Below are positions 10,801 through 18,385 of a stretch of 64,000 nt of DNA, in pieces (within the stretch, counting starts at the first letter, position 1; each line of letters starts with the position of its first letter). Both the position numbers and the translations under genes were made by a program. Source of the stretch: Naegleria gruberi (taxonomy: Eukaryota). The DNA lies in assembly GCA_000004985.1 (NCBI GenBank), contig GG738893.1; one strand, 5' to 3'. The notes below the pieces were generated by a model. It did not search any database, was not told the DNA's origin, and was given only the letters and a program-made list of their open reading frames with translations.

Positions 10801-11944
10801 GGCTCCACCTGCAGAAGAGGACCACTTCTTCACAGAACAAACAGAACTCGAAAGATTTGATTCAAACGTATGCTATAGATCATCTCTTCCTTCCACTTTT
10901 GATTTATTAAGAGATAATGACTCTGTTAGAAATGAAGAAATGAAGATTTTACAACAACATGATCAAACTTTACAACACAAGATTAAATCTGGAGCTCCAA
11001 CAGAACAAATTCAAGATTTATTCTCGCTAGTTGCCAGAAGTGAAAGTGAATTATTGCAAAAGGATCAAGCAGTTAAAACCTTACTTCAAACACCACTCGA
11101 CAGCAAAAACTTGTATGCCAACTTTTTACATGCTACTGTATTAGCAGCATCTAACTCACCATCTCACTTTAAGGAAACTGTACAATTCGTTGCTAGTTCT
11201 TTAATATCTTTAAAGAAGGACAATGATATTGAATTTGGTGTACAATTACTTTGCTCGATAGGTGAGGGATTGAAGGCATGTAGAATTTTACAAGATTTTG
11301 ATATGTGGGAAAAGGCAGCAAGAATTGCAAAGAGTATTCTCCCAGAACATGAGTCCATAATTGTACTCACCAAGTGGGCAGATTATTTACAGAGCAATAA
11401 CCAATTGTTGAAATCTATTGGTGTATGGATGAGTTTGGGACTATTCAAGGAAGTATTGGATCTTCTCCATAAATCAGAACTCGATGATATTGCCTCACTC
11501 TTCACAAAGGCCTATGACGAGTATTTACCTCATCTTCCACTCAATGAACTCCACAGATATTTTGTTTTGAGAGTTTCTTCACCATCCAAACTAAGTGAAC
11601 CATTGTACAGCAGTAGTAAGAGTCATGATGATTTTGAAATGACATGTAGAAAGCTCAAATACTTTGTCTACCAGCAATATGCAGTTTTCCTTGATAAGAT
11701 TGGATGTAATGAATTGGCGGATAATTACAAAGTTTTAATTGATGGAAAAGATATTGGACTAACTCTTCCACCTAATAATTTATCATCTCAATTACCACCA
11801 GAAGAAAGTAACAACTCTTTGGATTTGAACCGTCAAGAAAGTTGGGTAGTTGTTGATTCTGATAACAATCAACCACCACCAGAAGCCTCTCAAATCTCAA
11901 CTGATATACCATCTGAAGACATACCAACCTCTGCAGAAGAATAA
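7811..11944 (+). CDS. Large WD40-repeat protein (1377 aa) with an N-terminal low-complexity region and a C-terminal alpha-helical region
   Basis: Single ORF from the track, ATG at 7811. It has multiple WD-like repeats (ASGDEGGCIIVWDYKKG, HDDGTVCVWEY, SADGKIWIWRV, GDVTGTITVWDL, NEGDFGIWDL). The N-terminal 150 aa and the C-terminus are S/Q/N-rich. Orthology was not established. Confidence 0.65.
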   Translation: MADNTQEGDLGFEVVDASSAAAIDDDPQQQQEPETIEEGSLMVEDSSLVESVGVSEELVSGEAIVVDSNNNNTQISSSSLLLNTESSKLDNSSLKLQKPSIQPRVIPGPPIYDPNKFPIMDGGHGGVLVTGMAASVSSSLSSGNVISSILGASKEFSSVLPFQFPFDSSSNEKFTLSNVYQDNAEKFKKFKYRSVWGANNLLAYCCQTHVMIFDPVSMQQVTSLFGHRHVTTCVEWCEMSKSRGIERGNTNIVASGDEGGCIIVWDYKKGRKLCSFAEDYGNTKKSIVQIKWLNGDNVYLLSLAANNVLSLWNVQSNTRIWDLEFPDTITGFSLDPFTLKSCCLPSESGWSYFINDINIKKKPIDIQRRLHGSIDKKTGATQTSLKDFICSPHTRDQFYVVTKKEVTTFDLAIKQTIHGKQLKGGRADFQTLYPIESEPSVFYSLHDDGTVCVWEYNGEKFEPNVCDVVRGSKHGADRPGLLYGLSISPIDHSKVAAVSADGKIWIWRVNLSHKIKTPPQEAKPVEEQVPSSKIKVNTKWMLEGLAEYTGSVISSIKVSPFDDKVAVGTISGLLLVYDLLTGNVVVKHDVFNNSPVLGIRWFGASSVLCFSSSVYEKKKDRKSNELRIVNLVSGKHTTINVNREDQHKKEESKAGGIKGIRISNSYKYLVIILQDRPIEVWRLDTLKLIRMIPFSNVTSLEWVPLSKHHPERELLYFTTTDGSLHFYKVENYKVEPDVKKPKVFVNTITALAWKNDRLVSGDVTGTITVWDLQHKKTKTIQTHRGLVKKISVSKEHNHILVLFNEGDFGIWDLDQYAKVANSPPHIKAVASDWSRGNYPVVATNSGSILVFDIQLSTCNTNVLFHTRLDHLKNPCSLKSDEAQYFRALIENNKLPFDDMVDENTIIDEPNTYRNCCGDVIDNKKVKELYEKALDHRYLLPQNMVVKLKNPSTNTAERCLIAAEYFGDKIAYQFWKLAIEFLGKFSKQNINPADIQKEAPPAEEDHFFTEQTELERFDSNVCYRSSLPSTFDLLRDNDSVRNEEMKILQQHDQTLQHKIKSGAPTEQIQDLFSLVARSESELLQKDQAVKTLLQTPLDSKNLYANFLHATVLAASNSPSHFKETVQFVASSLISLKKDNDIEFGVQLLCSIGEGLKACRILQDFDMWEKAARIAKSILPEHESIIVLTKWADYLQSNNQLLKSIGVWMSLGLFKEVLDLLHKSELDDIASLFTKAYDEYLPHLPLNELHRYFVLRVSSPSKLSEPLYSSSKSHDDFEMTCRKLKYFVYQQYAVFLDKIGCNELADNYKVLIDGKDIGLTLPPNNLSSQLPPEESNNSLDLNRQESWVVVDSDNNQPPPEASQISTDIPSEDIPTSAEE

Positions 11945-11996
11945 ATATTAAATTTTATTATTATCACTAATTGAGTAACGTAGCTACGAGGTGTCT

Positions 11997-12130
11997 ATAA
12001 GCTTACTCAACTTTAACAGTATTCCTTTCTGAAGAAAAATCTTCTCTAAAATTACTTTGTGCCAAACCAAGTTTTGTAACGGCAATAACAAAACAATCAG
12101 TTGTAATAAATGCTATGGTCAGTCGTGCTG
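11997..12130 (-). pseudogene. Degenerate copy of the 3'-terminal roughly 25 codons of the 13474..14152 membrane-protein gene
   Basis: Bases 12007..12075 align with 13478..13550 (tcaac(t/c)ttaacagt..tgaagaaaaatcttctc(t/c)aaaatt(a/g)ctttgtgccaaaccaagttt). On the minus strand the copy reads ...ERNTVKVE* against ...EDKTVKVE*. An upstream 4-nt indel and an in-frame stop break the copy. Confidence 0.4.
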
Positions 12131-12247
12131 GTAACCACTTTTTTTGTTTTCCACACTAAAGTCACCAATAAAATATCACCTATCACATAGAGAACCAATA
12201 CCAATTTTTAAAAAAAAACTACAACAAACACAACAAACACGATCACG

Positions 12248-13357
12248 ATGGGCATCAAGAAAAAATCCACTACCAAGAAGAAATCCAATCAAACCAATAA
12301 GAGAAAGCGTGATGAAATTTCCAAGAGAGAGGCCAATCCAGCTGATGAAAACAAGATCCATGACATTCCAACTGTAAGATACATCTTTGGGAACAGAATT
12401 TGCAACAATGTAGCATTTGTGGAAGATGTTTATTGCAATTTTAAGCCATATGATGTTGCTTTGATCAGGGCTCTCTTCAAAGCTCAAGAACAAAAACACC
12501 AAACGCAAGATTTTAATGAAAGTTTGATCAATAATGTAGGGAAGGATGATGATCATGATTGTGATATTGCTTTGTTTGAGTATTATGACACCACAGACAA
12601 CAAAACTAAACTTTATCAAAATAGAAGAAAGGCAGTTAGTATTACACTTTCTCAAAAACAAAGCAATGTTTATTTTTTTTCTAAATGTGCTAATTACAGT
12701 GCTTTTACAACAAAGCCAATCAAAGCTTGCTTTGAATTTGATGATTACAGAGTTTACAAATGTAAGGAAAGCAATTCCAAGCAGGCTGGTAAATTCTCCT
12801 ACCGAACTATTTCATCTACCTTGCTTAAACCAACATGTGAATCAACTTGTGGTTGGATTTTAATGAATCCAATCAATAGATTTGAAATTATTGATGTTAT
12901 ATTTGATATTGAAATGTATAATGAATTGAAAGATATTCCAAATATTGATTTACAACAGAGAAAGATTGATGATGGAGAGAATACTGATAAACCAATCACC
13001 CTAACTGAAATTCCTATTATCAATGACAATCGATACGATAAAGACGATCACATTACCGCATGTATTGGTGATTTAACCAATGATCAATCTGTATTTGAAT
13101 CACAAGTCAACCATAACAATCAGGTTATAATGTCTATCCCTGATTCGCCTCCACAAACTACTCAACCATCTGCAAATCCTAGTCCTGCTCAGCCTTGTGA
13201 AGAACACAATAATGAGCAGTACAATTTGCTTCCTGCTTTGAGTTCCAAAAAGCCACTACTTGATGAAGTCTTACTTGATATGAAATGGTGTAGCTATGAA
13301 GAAGAGTTCCGACAAGAAGCCACTAGTTTTAATAATTACTATGATGATAGATTATGA
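12248..13357 (+). CDS. Hypothetical protein (369 aa) with a Lys-rich, probably nuclear-targeting N-terminus
   Basis: ORF from the track. It starts MGIKKKSTTKKKSNQTNKRKRDE. No recognisable domain. Confidence 0.5.
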   Translation: MGIKKKSTTKKKSNQTNKRKRDEISKREANPADENKIHDIPTVRYIFGNRICNNVAFVEDVYCNFKPYDVALIRALFKAQEQKHQTQDFNESLINNVGKDDDHDCDIALFEYYDTTDNKTKLYQNRRKAVSITLSQKQSNVYFFSKCANYSAFTTKPIKACFEFDDYRVYKCKESNSKQAGKFSYRTISSTLLKPTCESTCGWILMNPINRFEIIDVIFDIEMYNELKDIPNIDLQQRKIDDGENTDKPITLTEIPIINDNRYDKDDHITACIGDLTNDQSVFESQVNHNNQVIMSIPDSPPQTTQPSANPSPAQPCEEHNNEQYNLLPALSSKKPLLDEVLLDMKWCSYEEEFRQEATSFNNYYDDRL

Positions 13358-13473
13358 ATCATCTACTAAACCAATTTATTGTCCACCATTATGAAATTGA
13401 GAGTTAAGCATCTAGAGGTTGAATAAGGGGGAAGCACCAAATCAAGCACAATTTACCAACTAGTTCTATAAAT

Positions 13474-14152
13474 TTATTCAACCTTAACAGTCTTGTCTTC
13501 ACTTTGGAAGAAAAATCTTCTCCAAAATTGCTTTGTGCCAAACCAAGTTTCAATAAAACCAGCAGTATTATTTTCATTGCTCAAGAACCATTCAAACCAA
13601 ACATGACACAAAACAACTCTCAAGAAGAGATAGAGAACCAAGCCCAATGGACACAACATTAAAGTCAAAAACACAAGAGCTGCAGTGATAATATGTGGAA
13701 TTCCTCTGGCGAGGGAATCATAATAAATCAATGTGCAAACTATTACAATTATTGAAATTCCAATATAATTAATCTCAATAAGAAAAAGCAAATTACTTAC
13801 CAATTGGATCAGTGACCAAGTAATGCACCCAACCTCCCAAAACCATCACCTTGTTTGTAAATGCCTCAGCAACAGAATCAAATGAAAAGAAATCAATTGG
13901 CTTTGGTGAAGTCATCATTGCAGTAATAATTATAGCAGAATAAACCAACGACAAGACAGCCATTACAACCTTTGATCGGAGCAAGAAATTAGTCAATCGT
14001 GTATTTGGAAGCAAAATCATTGGCAAAACAATAAGTAATGGAAATCGATTAGCAAACTTGAAAATCATACTCAAATTTTCATTACTACTCAAGTAGAGTG
14101 ATGATTGCTCAAGGAGAGCTTTATGATCAACATATTGCAATATTTGTTCCAT
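13474..14152 (-). CDS. Multi-pass membrane protein, 2 exons (about 205 aa)
   Basis: Model: join(complement(13801..14152), complement(13474..13739)). On the minus strand the donor is ATTG|GTAAGT and a 61-nt intron ends at ATAG. There are several hydrophobic helices (LLIVLPMILLP, VMAVLSLVYSAIIITAMM, ITAALVFLTLMLCPLGLVLYLFL) and the protein ends ...TWFGTKQFWRRFFFQSEDKTVKVE. Confidence 0.55.
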
Positions 14153-14503
14153 CTTTGTGGCTTTATCGGATTTTTTTTAAATTGCTAAAATTTCTTTGCT
14201 TAACTTGGCGGGAATTTAATTCTTTCTGCTCAACAACAATAATTGAATGAGATAAATTGATAGGGTGGACAAAAGTTCCATGGACATGAAATGGTTTATG
14301 TTCGGGTACGACAATGTGCACAGATAATGGCCGTTAAAATATGCGAAAAATTAAAATGTTCACCAAATTCAATATTATTGTAAAAATATTAATAATTTAA
14401 TACTATTTCATACAATATAACACAATTATTAAATTCCCACATCACCAAATTAATTCATTTCCAACCAATATCATCAATAATTATTTCAAAAAACATAAAA
14501 AAA

Positions 14504-15925
14504 ATGCAACCCATTCGCAAATCAAAAGTAGGCTCAGCCTATTCTATTGGAGACATGTCTAATTGGAAAGTTGTAACTGCTAATTCGCCTTCAATTATCA
14601 AGGAATCACCCCCAATGGAAGTTGATAAATCAATACTAGTACCTACAACAACAACAATATCGGAACAACATGATCAAAAACAACAACAGGATATTGTCTA
14701 TGACTCGAGTGATAGCTCGGATGAAGGAGTGATGGATAGTGCCGATAGTAGTACAGAGGAAAGATTTCCAAGGCCTACACGATCTCAAACAAAATCAAGA
14801 AAAAGAACAACCATGGATAAGAATACAAAACAAAATGTAAATTATAAACCACCTGCAACTGTAGTGGATGATCCAACTGCAGAGGTTAGAAAAAACAAAT
14901 TGGCCTTAATGAGATTTTCTGATATTTTCCAAAGAGAAGAGGAAGACACAAAGGATGATAAAGCCATTACAGTAGATAATGGAGATATTATTTTGGGATC
15001 TGAGGATAGTAGTGATGATGAACGTTTTACAGCTGCTCTTCAGGCTGGAATTAATCGTTCCAATCCCAATAAGAAGCAAAAACTTACAGTTGAAAAAAGT
15101 CAACAACCTTCATCATCTTCTGAAGTGAGCACTCCTAAAAATTCAGCTTCCTCTTCAACTAATTCAAGCACTTTGAAAAAGAAGGCAGCAAAACAGGACT
15201 GTGTACTGGTACCTAATTCTGCTCTCTTCAGATTTGTTTGTTCTTGCTCAACTGTAAAGGAGATTAGATACGAATTACAAGAGGATTTTGAGGATGAAAA
15301 ACATGTATCCTCCAGAAAAAAGCACAATATGAAATCATCATCAAGGAAAGGAAGATTGAGCACAGAGGAGGTTAATTTTATAAGGAAATATTACAACATG
15401 TCAAAGGATATTCGTATTGCAAAATATCATATCCCTTTAAACAAGTTCAAAAATGTGGAATCATTGGATGATGGAATTATTAGAACGTGGGAGGATTCTA
15501 ACGAAGATGAAGTCAATTTATCAAATATCAAACACTTTGTCTCTATAATTTTAGGAAGGAGTTTTGATCTCATTTCTTCACAATGGAAAAAATTTGAAAA
15601 GAAGGATGATATTTGGCACAGAAATTTTGTGATCTATCTTGAACAAATGAGATATCACTTTGAAGAAGCTCCACAAACTCCAACCCGCCATGCTGATCAT
15701 GACGAAGAAATTATTGAGATTTTCCAAAGTATTCTTTTACAAATGAAGAAATATATTGATCAAGTGAACGCTAAGAGAAGTGGAAAAGACTTTGATAAGG
15801 ATGAAATGAAAAAGATGGAAGACTTGCTGAGTGAGCATTATTACAGATTGGACGAGTACCTCCAATTTTACAATGAAGAGCTTCACGATGCATTATGGCG
15901 ATGCTCTTTAAATTTAATGAAATAG
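14504..15925 (+). CDS. Hypothetical acidic Ser/Asp-rich protein (473 aa)
   Basis: ORF from the track with the ATG at 14504. It has acidic low-complexity stretches and a C-terminal conserved-looking helical region (HYYRLDEYLQFYNEELHDALW). Confidence 0.5.
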   Translation: MQPIRKSKVGSAYSIGDMSNWKVVTANSPSIIKESPPMEVDKSILVPTTTTISEQHDQKQQQDIVYDSSDSSDEGVMDSADSSTEERFPRPTRSQTKSRKRTTMDKNTKQNVNYKPPATVVDDPTAEVRKNKLALMRFSDIFQREEEDTKDDKAITVDNGDIILGSEDSSDDERFTAALQAGINRSNPNKKQKLTVEKSQQPSSSSEVSTPKNSASSSTNSSTLKKKAAKQDCVLVPNSALFRFVCSCSTVKEIRYELQEDFEDEKHVSSRKKHNMKSSSRKGRLSTEEVNFIRKYYNMSKDIRIAKYHIPLNKFKNVESLDDGIIRTWEDSNEDEVNLSNIKHFVSIILGRSFDLISSQWKKFEKKDDIWHRNFVIYLEQMRYHFEEAPQTPTRHADHDEEIIEIFQSILLQMKKYIDQVNAKRSGKDFDKDEMKKMEDLLSEHYYRLDEYLQFYNEELHDALWRCSLNLMK

Positions 15926-15933
15926 AAGAGAAT

Positions 15934-17076
15934 TTATTCTTGTTGCTTTTTCTTCTTCTTTCTATAATGTTTAACAAATGATTTCTTATCCAGCACCTTA
16001 ATTTCATTCCCCTCATGTTTAAACAGGTCATTATCGAGCATATATGATGGTTTTTCTTGCTTAAATTGAGCAAGATATGTAGAAAGGTAATTGGCACGTG
16101 ACTCATAAACAGGATAATCATCAGATTCCACCAAGTGTCTTCTCTTTGAGATGACAGTAACTCTTGCTCCATCATAATCCGTACTAAATGATTTCAAAGA
16201 ATAAAATTGACAAATGGCATGTGTAAGAAAACGTCTATGACCATCAGTTAATACCAAAACCATAAAATTACCCTTCAATCTATCTACTAATTCCGATTGT
16301 TGCTCAGCTGTATTTTCTTCCTTATTTTCATTTTCTTCATCTATAACTTTTCTTTGATTAATGAATGGAATGAGAATATCTTCCATTAAGGTCACAAAAT
16401 CTACATCATACTGTCTATTGAGGGCTTCCTTTGCTTGTTGTTCAACCAATTTATGATATCTTTGATGAGCAGTGAGCGACTTGAGGGAAGGTGCCTTCTT
16501 TTCTTTCATTTGATAACCTTGTTCTTCAAATTCTCTCAAAGCTGGTTCAATTACATTTCTAAATTCACTAGTTGTCCAAATTTCTTCGTGAGGAATAACA
16601 AATAAACTCTTGTAATCCTCCTCAGTGGCATCACCATGAAATATATTTGCATCTTTCAAATCTTTTAAATGTTTTTTAACAACTTGATCTTGTTGTACTT
16701 GAAGATTCTTTTTTCTCAACTTTTTCTTCTTATCAACTGTACTGGAAAATGTCATCAAATTTGAAGAAGGTGGGAATGAATGGGCTTGTTCAATATTTTC
16801 AATTTCAATATGATGAGATGCAACCTCTGATGAAGTAACAACATTTGATGGTTGTTGTGCTGATGAATTACCTCTATTCATCCTTCTTCCACCTCTCAAT
16901 ACAGTTGAGTTACGATCAATAGTAGCATCACCACTCAAATAACTTTCGGAATCAAAGAAAATATCATCCTCCGATGTACCACTCAAGCCTGAACTAGAAT
17001 AGTCAACATTTTGGCTTGGAAGTGTAGTACCCAAGCTATTGTGTTGAATAATAATACGTTTTGGTCTTTGACTCAT
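15934..17076 (-). CDS. R3H-domain-like protein (about 380 aa)
   Basis: Lies within minus ORF 15934..17208. The likely start is MSQRPKRIII, with the ATG at the complement of 17074-17076. The C-terminal region GNFMVLVLTDGHRRFLTHAICQFYSLKSF fits the R-x3-H motif of R3H nucleic-acid-binding domains. Confidence 0.45.
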   Translation of the reverse strand: MSQRPKRIIIQHNSLGTTLPSQNVDYSSSGLSGTSEDDIFFDSESYLSGDATIDRNSTVLRGGRRMNRGNSSAQQPSNVVTSSEVASHHIEIENIEQAHSFPPSSNLMTFSSTVDKKKKLRKKNLQVQQDQVVKKHLKDLKDANIFHGDATEEDYKSLFVIPHEEIWTTSEFRNVIEPALREFEEQGYQMKEKKAPSLKSLTAHQRYHKLVEQQAKEALNRQYDVDFVTLMEDILIPFINQRKVIDEENENKEENTAEQQSELVDRLKGNFMVLVLTDGHRRFLTHAICQFYSLKSFSTDYDGARVTVISKRRHLVESDDYPVYESRANYLSTYLAQFKQEKPSYMLDNDLFKHEGNEIKVLDKKSFVKHYRKKKKKQQE

Positions 17077-17238
17077 TTTTTTTACTTCTTTTTTTAGCTT
17101 CAAATTGTAAAAGAAAATTAATCTTGAAATTGAAGTGGTGGAATACAAGACAATGTCAATGAGAAACAAGTCAAAATGAGGGTTTACACTTGTGGTGCAA
17201 CACTTCATGTGACAGGTTCTGGTTCATTTTACAAAAAA

Positions 17239-17640
17239 ATGTCTACAAGTCATTCAGTAGATCACTTTTCAATGTTGCCCTATGAAATTTTACAAATGAT
17301 TTTGGCATTTGCTGTTGATCGGAAATTGTCGGATTGCAGTGCCATACAGTCACATGTGGAGTTTGTGGCAAATTTTCAATCCTTGAGTAAGAAGATTAAT
17401 GATTTGAAGGAGATGGCGGAATGTTTCAATGAATTTTGGTGGAATTTATTTAAGAGTTTTAGTTTTGCAACTGAAAATTATTCAAACGGGAAGGAATTGG
17501 AGCAATTGAAAAGTAAATTGATAAAAAATCGAGAGCTCAGAAGGAAGATTTTACTTTTCCGATATGTTAAATACAAAACTCTATCGAATAATAATTCTCA
17601 ACAACAAATGTTAATATTACTGGTAAGGGATTTTATATAG
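17239..17640 (+). CDS. Small ORF with an F-box-like N-terminus; it may instead be the N-terminal extension of the downstream GTPase
   Basis: It starts MSTSHSVDHFSMLPYEILQMILAFAV. It ends at a TAG at 17638-17640 that is in frame with the GTPase exon beginning at 17641. Confidence 0.35.
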   Translation: MSTSHSVDHFSMLPYEILQMILAFAVDRKLSDCSAIQSHVEFVANFQSLSKKINDLKEMAECFNEFWWNLFKSFSFATENYSNGKELEQLKSKLIKNRELRRKILLFRYVKYKTLSNNNSQQQMLILLVRDFI

Positions 17641-18318
17641 TTCAACATTTTCTTAAATGATAAAGTTCTTGGAAGTGAAAGAGTAGGAAAATCATCCATT
17701 ACAATATTCTTTGTAACAAATTTTGTAATTGATGATCATGAGTCATCGTTTGAGGATACCTATGTTAAACAATTGAAAATAGACAGACTATCGGTCAAAC
17801 TTGCAATTTTAGACACAAGTAAGTTGTTGAATATGTGAAATTTACACAATGAAATAGTTGAATCGGATTATCATTATTTGAGAGAAACACATATTCTATA
17901 TGCAGATGGTTTTGTCTTGATTTGCTCTGTGGATAACATAAAATCACTTGTGGGAATTCGAGAACAAGTTGCAAAAATTGTAAGAGTGAAAGATCTCGAA
18001 GTCAATAGCACTCCAATTGTGTTTGTAATTAACAAGATTGATTTATTACAAAATGACAATAGGAAACAAACAATCGATGAATTCAAAAAGGAAATTAATA
18101 ATATAATCAAAGAGTATGACTTGGTGAATACAAGTACAATGCTGAGCAGTGTTAAAAGTGAACCAGAGAAAATTACTTTAATATTTGAGGAATTGGTAAA
18201 AAGACAAATTCTGCAAGGTGACAATATAGAAATTCTTAAAAATGTTGTAGAGAAAGATTGGTCATACATTCAGGAATGCAACAATACATTGAATAAGAAG
18301 AAGTGCTCATTAATGTAA
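17641..18318 (+). CDS. Ras-family small GTPase with a C-terminal CAAX box (CSLM); the N-terminal exon is unresolved
   Basis: Exons: 17641..17818, then 17858..18318 (ORF track 17878..18318), joined across a 39-nt intron GTAAGT..AATAG. The G1 motif is LGSERVGKSS, and the downstream strand reads SITIFFVTNFVIDDHESSFEDTYVKQLKIDRLSVKLAILDT. The spliced switch II reads DTIESD instead of DTAGQE. NKID, the CAAX box and a polybasic KKK are present. Two start models are possible: a 15-nt exon ATGTTAATATTACTG at 17608..17622 with an 18-nt intron, or the donor AAAA|GTAAAT at 17513 joined to an acceptor at 17665. Either supplies the N-terminus. Confidence 0.6.
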
Positions 18319-18385
18319 TTGACTTGTGAATTTGTCATTTGGAAATTTAAGGATGATGTGAACAGGAAAATTATTTAAAGTTAAT

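Noticed and set aside
12176-12661. 161-aa hydrophobic minus-strand ORF
   Set aside because: It is antisense to the Lys-rich N-terminus of the 12248..13357 gene, and reading AAA/AAG-rich coding sequence in reverse gives F/L-rich pseudo-ORFs. It has no start context and overlaps a better-supported gene.
17623-17640. 18-nt intron (GTAAGG..TATAG) giving the GTPase a 5-codon first exon
   Set aside because: It is far shorter than every other intron in the window (37 nt or more). It is kept only as an alternative in the GTPase finding.
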